Assembly (NCBI GenBank): GCA_039030295.1
Contig: JBCCEK010000001.1
Coordinates: forward strand, 7,633 to 71,632
Direction: 5' to 3'
DNA: 64,000 bases
DNA from: Myxococcota bacterium
GTDB taxonomy: Bacteria > Myxococcota_A > Polyangia > Polyangiales > Houyiibacteriaceae
Position 1 is the first letter of the stretch; every line of letters begins with the position of its first letter. The notes below the pieces were generated by a model. That model did no database searches, was not told the DNA's origin, and saw only the letters and a list, made by a program, of their open reading frames with translations. Shown one piece after another: positions 55,581 to 64,000 of the stretch. Made by a program: the position numbers and the translations under genes.

Positions 55581-55912
55581 TCCGCCGAACGATTCGACTG
55601 CTGTGGAGGGGAGCTGTCTTGGGGTTCTTGACCTACGCTTTCTTCTTCGCGCGCCTCGGCGAGCGGACCCCGTTTCAGCATGTCATGCGCATCGCTGCGA
55701 CGAGCGAGGCTCAAGAGCTCGGTCACGAAATGGGCGTGGCCACGAACCGGATCACGGAGCACATCGGCAACCAAGTGCGAGAAGCCGCTGCGCCAGCGGA
55801 CACGCCCGCGGTGCCTTCCGGCTCCGAGCAAGTCGCCGACCAGCTTCACGAGCTTCCGGGGCACTCGTACCAACGCGAGCCCCACATCGAAGCGGCACGC
55901 GCCGCCCAATGA
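55577..55912 (+). CDS. small membrane protein, unknown function
   Basis: 111 aa with one hydrophobic helix (LLWRGAVLGFLTYAFFFA). ATGA overlap with the upstream activator gene. Confidence 0.4.
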   Translation: MIRRTIRLLWRGAVLGFLTYAFFFARLGERTPFQHVMRIAATSEAQELGHEMGVATNRITEHIGNQVREAAAPADTPAVPSGSEQVADQLHELPGHSYQREPHIEAARAAQ

Positions 55913-55951
55913 GAAGTGCGCTGCCGGCCCGGCTCGCCCAAGCAGCGCGCG

Positions 55952-57295
55952 CTAGGGCCACTCGAGGTCGAGGCGTTTCATCTTTCGCCACAACGTCGTG
56001 GGGCTCAGGGCGAGCAGTTCCGCCGCCCGCTCCTTGTTGCCTGACGCCGCTCGAAGGGCGCGTACGATGGCGTCGCGCTCCGCTTCCTGAACGATGTCGG
56101 CCAGGGAGCGCTGCGTCAGGTGAGAGCTCCCGTTTCCGGAGTTCGGGACGATGTCGGTGAGTTGAATCTGGCCGTCGGGGGCGAGCGCCACGCCTTGTTC
56201 GATGAGGTTTTCGAGCTCACGTACGTTGCCTGGGAAGTCGTAACCGACCAGGTACTCGATGACGCCCGGCCCGACGGACGCGCGTCGGCCCATCTTCTTC
56301 CCGTACTTCTCGAGGAACGTCTCGACGATCGGGGCGATGTCCTCTTTGCGCTCCCGAAGCGCCGGAAGTTCGAAACGCGCGACATTGAGACGGTAGTAGA
56401 GGTCCTCGCGAAAGCGTTTCTCCTCGATGAGCCGACGAAGGTCTTGGTTGGTTGCGGCGATGATTCGCGCGTCCACCTTGATCGGTTTGTTGTCTCCGAG
56501 GCGCCGAATCTCGCCCTCCTGAATCGCACGAAGGAGCTTCGCTTGAAGCGAGGGCGGAGTCTCGGCGATCTCGTCGAAGAAAAAGGTCCCGCCGTTCGCC
56601 TCCTCGAAGAGCCCCTTCCGCGTCTGTACTGCCCCGGTGAATGCCCCACGCATGTGCCCGAAGAGCTCGCTCTCGAGCAGCGTCTCGGTCAGGGCCGCGC
56701 AGTTGATCGAGACGAACGGACGCTCAGCCCGCAGGGAGTTGGCGTGGATGGCGCGTGCGACGAGCTCTTTGCCGGTACCGCTCTCGCCGGTGATCAGAAC
56801 CGTCGCATCGGTCGGAGCGATCCGGACGATGCGTCCGAGCACGTCGCGAATCTCCGCCGACTGGCCGATGATGTTCCCGAAGTTGTAGCGCTCGCGGAAG
56901 TCGTGGCTCATCGCCCTGAGCTCACCCGCAGCCTGCCCAGCGCGTGCGGCACGCGAGACTTTCACCAGAAGCTCATCCTCGACGAACGGCTTCTGCACGA
57001 AGTCGCGGGCGCCACAACGCATCGCTTCGACGGCATCCTCGATCGTCCCGAACGCGGTCATGACGATGACGGGGGTGACGGGCGACACTTCCCGGGTTTG
57101 CTGCAAGACCTCGAGGCCCCCGACATCACCCATCCGTAGATCGGTGATCACGAGGTCGTATGAGCTCTCGCCGACCATCATGCACGCTTGCGCGCCGTCG
57201 GCGGCCTCATCGACGTTGTAGTCTTCGGCGCGCAACACCTCGGCGAGAAGCTCACGGGCGTTGTCCTGGTCGTCGACGATTAGAATCTTGGCCAT
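55952..57295 (-). CDS. sigma-54-dependent response regulator (NtrC family)
   Basis: Start at the ATG at 57293-57295 (MAKILIVDDQDN...). DLVITDLRMGDVGG, GESGTGKEL, ESELFGHMRGAFTGA, and a C-terminal HTH NKERAAELLALSPTTLWRKM. Confidence 0.92.
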   Translation of the reverse strand: MAKILIVDDQDNARELLAEVLRAEDYNVDEAADGAQACMMVGESSYDLVITDLRMGDVGGLEVLQQTREVSPVTPVIVMTAFGTIEDAVEAMRCGARDFVQKPFVEDELLVKVSRAARAGQAAGELRAMSHDFRERYNFGNIIGQSAEIRDVLGRIVRIAPTDATVLITGESGTGKELVARAIHANSLRAERPFVSINCAALTETLLESELFGHMRGAFTGAVQTRKGLFEEANGGTFFFDEIAETPPSLQAKLLRAIQEGEIRRLGDNKPIKVDARIIAATNQDLRRLIEEKRFREDLYYRLNVARFELPALRERKEDIAPIVETFLEKYGKKMGRRASVGPGVIEYLVGYDFPGNVRELENLIEQGVALAPDGQIQLTDIVPNSGNGSSHLTQRSLADIVQEAERDAIVRALRAASGNKERAAELLALSPTTLWRKMKRLDLEWP

Positions 57296-57382
57296 CGCTC
57301 CCCGCGCTGCGACTGACGGACCCCCCTCAAACCGGTCCTCCACGGGGAATCTTACCGCAAACGGGCCATCCATGCTCGGTGG

Positions 57383-58681
57383 CTACGCGAGGACCCGTTT
57401 GAGCGTGCTGAGCACGTCCTCGCGAAGCTCGGTCGGGAAGATCAGACGAGGCCGCTGAATGCGTTGGTTTCGTAGCTGACCGAGGAGGAAGGAGGCGTCG
57501 CCCAGTCGCTGGAGGGGTTGGTGACGCAGGGTGACCCAGAGCCCATCGGCGCTCGAGTCGGAAGGCTCGCGGTAAGGAACGTCCTCGGCGATGTCGAGCC
57601 ATACCGAAAGGTCCGCGCGATAGCCTCGCGCCTCGACCAACGAACTCACAGCGTCGAAGGCGCGCGTCCACAGCTCTGGCTTTCCGTCGGGAAGCGGAAC
57701 AGTCTTGGGAAGCACCCTCGATCGAAGGCGTCTGCTGAGATCGGAGAGCACGTCATCGGCGCCGTGTTCCCAATCCGCAAGACAGGTCAGCATCTCCGCG
57801 TCGTCCATGCGAAGGTGTTCGCCAAGCGACAACGGCTCGTCCAACGCGGCCGCACGAAACGCGGGTAGCAGCGGGTCTGGAGGGCTGCCGTTCGCGACGA
57901 GCTCGCTCACGCGCGTAAAGAGCGCCCTCACAAGCGCTTCGGCCGCCCGCGTGGCCTTGTGGTGATAAACCTGCTGGTACATGAAGTGCCGGCCGAGGAA
58001 GAAGCTCTCGGCGGGCGGCAGTCCCTTTCGCCCTTGGATCCCGAGGACCCAACGCCCGTCGACGCAGGCGAACGCCAGCGCCTGAAGCAGCCAGTCGAGA
58101 TCGTAGAGACCGTAGCGGACACCGGTCATGTGGCTGTCTCGAAGGAGGTAGTCAGCACGGTCGACGTCGAGCGTCCCGGCTACGCTTTCGCTCAGGTACC
58201 GAAGCCGATAGGTTCCGTCGAGGAGCTGCGCGACGCGCGTCGACATGCCCGACGAGAACCCCTCGAGTGTCTGGTTCACGTCCGTCGATGGGTCCAGGAT
58301 GATGTCTTGGGTCCACTGCTCGTGGTGACGCGCGTGGGGCAAGACTTCCTCGAACAGATGCGAGAATGGGCCGTGCCCCGCGTCGTGCAGGAGCGCTGCG
58401 GCAAGCGCTTCGGCGCGGGCTTCGTCATCGAGTCGTTGGTCGGGTGGCAGGTCGTCACTGCAGGCGTCGATTCGCTGGAGTAGCGCTTGCATGACGTACG
58501 CGGCGCCGACTGCGTGCGAGAAGCGTGTGTGTTCGGCGCCGGGAAAGACGAGTGACGCCAGGCCGAGCTGCCGGACGCGACGCAGGCGCTGGACTTCTCG
58601 TGTGTCGAGGAGCGAACGAATGACCCGTTCCGCCATCCCCTCGAAGGCGATCAATCCGTGAACCGGGTCCCTCAGGATCAC
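57383..58681 (-). CDS. HD-domain phosphohydrolase, SAMHD1-like dNTPase family
   Basis: ILRDPVHGLIAF....LLDTREVQRLRRVRQLGLASLVFPGAEHTRFSHAVGAAYV....LLHDAGHGPFSH closely follows the SAMHD1-type N-terminal and HD pattern. GTG start at 58679-58681 chosen; the ORF extends to 58744. Confidence 0.8.
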   Translation of the reverse strand: MILRDPVHGLIAFEGMAERVIRSLLDTREVQRLRRVRQLGLASLVFPGAEHTRFSHAVGAAYVMQALLQRIDACSDDLPPDQRLDDEARAEALAAALLHDAGHGPFSHLFEEVLPHARHHEQWTQDIILDPSTDVNQTLEGFSSGMSTRVAQLLDGTYRLRYLSESVAGTLDVDRADYLLRDSHMTGVRYGLYDLDWLLQALAFACVDGRWVLGIQGRKGLPPAESFFLGRHFMYQQVYHHKATRAAEALVRALFTRVSELVANGSPPDPLLPAFRAAALDEPLSLGEHLRMDDAEMLTCLADWEHGADDVLSDLSRRLRSRVLPKTVPLPDGKPELWTRAFDAVSSLVEARGYRADLSVWLDIAEDVPYREPSDSSADGLWVTLRHQPLQRLGDASFLLGQLRNQRIQRPRLIFPTELREDVLSTLKRVLA

Positions 58682-58703
58682 CCTGCACGGTACCACCCGC
58701 CCG

Positions 58704-60233
58704 TCAGAACGCCAGCGTTCCGAAGCGGCCGTCGCGCGGCACATCGAACTCGATCCCCTCCCGGATCACCGCGACGGTGTCTGGCTGCCAGAGCGGCAGA
58801 ACCGGCAGGTCGTCTCGTAGGATGGCTTGGGCTTCCGTGTACGCTTGTCGGCGCGCGTCGAGATCGGTTTCCGTGCGGCCGCGTTCGAAGAGCGCATCGA
58901 GTTCGGGTCGGCTGTAACGCCACCGATTGGCGCCCTCCCCACCCTCGCCTGGAATGCGGGACGAATCGAAGAACCAGCTGAGGACGTGGGGCTCCAAGAC
59001 CTCAGGAACTTGGAGAAGGGTGAGGTCGAACCGCCCCTTGTTCAGATCGGAGATCAGGGTTGCGGCCTCAGAGGGCCTCACGTCGACCTCGATCCCCACG
59101 TCTCGAAGCATCGCCGCGATGGCCCTTGCGATCGATTGACGTGCGCGATCAGACGTCGTTCGAAGGATGAGCCGCATCCGTGGCTCCGGGCCTGGGGGGT
59201 CCCGGTACCCAGCCTCGTCAAGAAGGCGCTTGGCGAGGGCCGGATCGAAGCCCTCGGAAACCTTCGCATCGCTGCGAGCCCAATGGTTGAAAGGGATCCA
59301 GCTATCGGTGACGCGGGCGAGCCCGTCGTACTTCGCCTTCACGAGGCCCTCGCGGTCGATGGCGGAGGCGATCGCGCGTCTGACGCGCACGTCCTCGAGG
59401 GTCGGGGTGGGCAGATGGAAGCCGAGATACATCGTCGACACCCCTGGCGCGGTCGCCGTTCGAAACTTCGGGTCGTCCTCGAACATCGGCAGGAGGAGCG
59501 GTGGAATCGAGCCCACGGCGAGGTCCCCCTGACCTGCGAGCATTCGAAGTGCGCGCGTGTTGTCGTCACGAATCACGACGAATCGCACCTTCGGTGTTCG
59601 CGGTGCGCCTCGGTGCCAATGAGGGTTTGGCTCGAGCTCGATCAGCCCGGGTCGTCGGGCGCTGAGTCTGTAGGGCCCGGCGCCCACTGGAGAAGGCTCC
59701 TCCGGCGTTACGATCCGTCGGCGCGCGTCCTGCCGGCGAACGATGGGAAGCTCGAGGTCGGTCAGGAAGGTGGCGTGGGGCTCACGGAGCACGAAGCGAA
59801 GCGTCCGCTCGTCTTCGATGACGATGTCTTTGATGTGCCGGTACGTTCGCGCGTAACGACTCCCAAGGTCCGGGTCCGTGATACCTCGAAACGTCTCGGC
59901 GACATCGGCAGCCTCGAGCGGGGTGCCGTCGCTGAAGCGAAGGCCCTCTTTGAGGACGACTTCGTACACGGTCGGGCTCGTCGCAACCACGGACTCCGCC
60001 AGGTCGGGAACGACGTCCAGCGTCCGCGGATCGATGGTCACCAAAGACCCGAACAGCAGTCGGGAGATTCGAAGGCCGTACGGGTCGCCGACAAAGCGCG
60101 GATCGAGTTGATCGGCGTCTCGAGGAATCACGACGACCATGGTGTCGTCCGACTGCGTGGCGGGCGCCGAACAGCCGATGCCAAGTACTAGGAGGGCGGC
60201 GATCACGCTGCTAGGCTTCCGCCGATGGCGCAC
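58704..60233 (-). CDS. ABC transporter substrate-binding lipoprotein, family 5 (peptide/nickel type)
   Basis: GTG start at 60231-60233 gives the lipoprotein signal RHRRKPSSVIAALLVLGIGC. Body: VVVIPRDADQLDPRF...LVTIDP...GLRFSDGTPL.. Confidence 0.85.
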   Translation of the reverse strand: MRHRRKPSSVIAALLVLGIGCSAPATQSDDTMVVVIPRDADQLDPRFVGDPYGLRISRLLFGSLVTIDPRTLDVVPDLAESVVATSPTVYEVVLKEGLRFSDGTPLEAADVAETFRGITDPDLGSRYARTYRHIKDIVIEDERTLRFVLREPHATFLTDLELPIVRRQDARRRIVTPEEPSPVGAGPYRLSARRPGLIELEPNPHWHRGAPRTPKVRFVVIRDDNTRALRMLAGQGDLAVGSIPPLLLPMFEDDPKFRTATAPGVSTMYLGFHLPTPTLEDVRVRRAIASAIDREGLVKAKYDGLARVTDSWIPFNHWARSDAKVSEGFDPALAKRLLDEAGYRDPPGPEPRMRLILRTTSDRARQSIARAIAAMLRDVGIEVDVRPSEAATLISDLNKGRFDLTLLQVPEVLEPHVLSWFFDSSRIPGEGGEGANRWRYSRPELDALFERGRTETDLDARRQAYTEAQAILRDDLPVLPLWQPDTVAVIREGIEFDVPRDGRFGTLAF

Positions 60234-61669
60234 CGAGCGCTCGTTGGCCTGACCTTCGCCCTGCTGTGGCTCACGTGCCCCACCGCGTTCGCGGACGGTT
60301 CGCCCAACCCAGTCACGGCCGAGATCGGCCGCCTGGTGGCTCAAGCGGGCCTTGGGGACGGAATCGGGATCGACGTGGTTCGGCTTCACGATGGTGCGTC
60401 ACTCTATCAAAAACACCCCACCCGTCCCCTGAATCCGGCATCGAACCAGAAGCTGCTCACCGCCGCGGCTGCCCTGTGGAGGCTGGGGCCCACCTTTCGC
60501 GCATCGACCAAAGTTGAGGGCATCGTCCGCGACGGCCAAGTCGACCGGCTTGTCGTGCGCGCGGCGGGCGATCCGAGCCTCGGTTACCGGGGCCTGTTCG
60601 CGCTCGCGCAAGCCTTGCGACTGCGCGGCGTCGATCGGGTGGAACAGATTCTCGTCGACGACGGTTACTTCGATGACCAGACGTTGCCTCCCGCATTCGA
60701 ACAACAACCCGATGAAACGGCGGCCTTTCGGGCTGCGGTCGCGGCCTTTTCGGTCGACCGCAACAGTTACACCGTTCACGTGGGGCCGGGCCGGGCTCCC
60801 GGGGAGCCGGGCCGCGTCCGGGTGCTAGCGGATGAGTACATCACTGTCGACAACAAGACGACGACCAAGGCAAGCGGCCCGCCGAAGCTCCAAATCGACC
60901 ACAAGACGCTTCCCGACGGTGGGCTCTCGGTCGTGGTTCGAGGCGAGGTGCCGAGTACCGTTCGGACGCTCTACTACCGTCGGCGCGTTCCGGACCCCAA
61001 AGCCCACGCCGCGAGCCTTTGGGTACGCGCGATGCGTCAGGCGGGGATCGAAGGCACCATGTCGGTCCGATACGGGCCGGTGGTGGAGCGCCTTCCCGTC
61101 CTTGCCGACATGCCGTCGGCCGAGCTCAGCACCCTGCTCCACTCCGTTGGGAAGTGGAGCGACAACTTTGCCGCAGAGATGCTCCTCAAGATCATGGGGG
61201 CGGAAGCCGTGACGCCTGGGACTTCCCAAAAAGGAACCGAGGTCGTCATCGCCGAACTCGCCGAGCGCGGGGTCGACGTGGAGGGCTTGGTCATGGTCAA
61301 CGGATCGGGCCTCTTCGATGGCAACCGGGTTGCCCCACGACACATCACCCAGACGCTACGCGCAGCCTATCGGGATCCGGCGATCGCACCGGAGTACATC
61401 TCGCAGCTCGCCGTGGGCGGCGCCGACGGTACGTTGCAGTCGCGCCTGAAGAACTTACCGAAGCCACGAATGGTTCGAGCGAAGACGGGCACCCTTCGCG
61501 ACGTCATCGCGCTCTCGGGATATGTCCTCGGTACGCCCGAACATTCGGTGGCGTTCAGCATGCTGGCCAACGGAATCGCGGGGAAACAGGCGCAGGCACG
61601 CGACCTCTTCGATTCGATCGTCCGTGTGCTCGCCCGCTACGCGACGGCGCCTTCGGATGGTGCGGCGAA

Positions 61670-61673
<4 letters not shown>
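60225..61673 (+). CDS. dacB: D-alanyl-D-alanine carboxypeptidase/endopeptidase (PBP4 family)
   Basis: 482 aa with a signal peptide, PASNQKLLTAAAAL (SxxK), VNGSGL (SxN) and AKTGTL (KTG). Confidence 0.88.
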
Positions 61674-63823
<2,150 letters not shown>

Positions 63824-63846
63824 CCAGGTCGAGGTGACTGCCCCAT

Positions 63847-64000
63847 ATGCCCGATATGGTCGGCAGCAAGAAGGCCCCGGCACTCGCTGGGGTGCTGATC
63901 GTCAACTTCATCGGGACGATGGGGTTCACCATCGTGATCCCCTTTCTCGTATTTCTCGTCACGCGTTTCGGGGGCAATGCGCTGATTTACGGGCTCGTGG
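63847..64000 (+). CDS. MFS-type transporter, N-terminal fragment (runs off the window)
   Basis: My own translation from the ATG at 63847: MPDMVGSKKAPALAGVLIVNFIGTMGFTIVIPFLVFLVTRFGGNALIYGLV, which is the TM1 and loop pattern of TetA-like MFS proteins. Confidence 0.55.
   Translation, partial: MPDMVGSKKAPALAGVLIVNFIGTMGFTIVIPFLVFLVTRFGGNALIYGLV

Noticed and set aside
61019-61669. N-terminal 217 codons of the 934-aa ORF upstream of the oligopeptidase B start
   Set aside because: This part overlaps dacB, which has its SxxK/SxN/KTG motifs intact, and is Arg/Gly-rich. The peptidase has a proper lipoprotein signal at 61670/61685.

Overview
This is a high-GC (roughly two-thirds G+C by eye) bacterial chromosomal segment. 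Its gene content and architecture look Myxococcota-like: many TPR proteins, NtrC-type activators, an AgmX/PglI-type protein and Cys-rich secreted lipoproteins. I call about 63 protein-coding genes. I recognised no rRNA, tRNA, CRISPR array, transposase or integrase.

Gene content from left to right:
- ribH-ribBA-ribE-ribD-nrdR operon (minus strand).
- A minus-strand operon: REC-histidine kinase, cysteine desulfurase, a 26-36% GC island, mnmA, a lipoprotein and an RlmD-like methyltransferase.
- A T2SSE_N-domain protein, a lytic transglycosylase and a HARE-HTH/Mrr-nuclease protein.
- ddl, then a complete sulfur-carrier cysteine pathway: Rrf2 regulator, cysK, ThiF-like E1, cysO, an E1 remnant, cysM and the JAMM protease mec.
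- The rpsP-KH-rimM-trmD-methyltransferase-rplS operon.
- A tetraheme lipoprotein, a cupin, a stand-alone B12-binding domain, a P-loop kinase, a transglutaminase-like protein, a Cys-rich lipoprotein and an ArsS-like radical SAM enzyme.
- A hypothetical protein paired with a HEAT/TPR protein, a DUF985 cupin, a family-4 UDG, a PP2C phosphatase and an NDP-sugar pyrophosphorylase.
- A four-gene UDP-N-acetylhexosamine modification block.
- The most interesting locus (40387-53115, minus strand): a nine-gene envelope operon. Its order and domains resemble the Myxococcus Glt/Nfs D-E-F-G-H module, and it is fused to a short-OPX plus beta-barrel (ExoA/ExoB-like) polysaccharide translocon.
- A STAS protein, two sigma-54 response-regulator activators, a SAMHD1-like HD protein, a peptide-type ABC substrate-binding protein, PBP4 (dacB), oligopeptidase B and the start of an MFS transporter.

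All functional calls come from reading the supplied translations and motifs. No database search was run.
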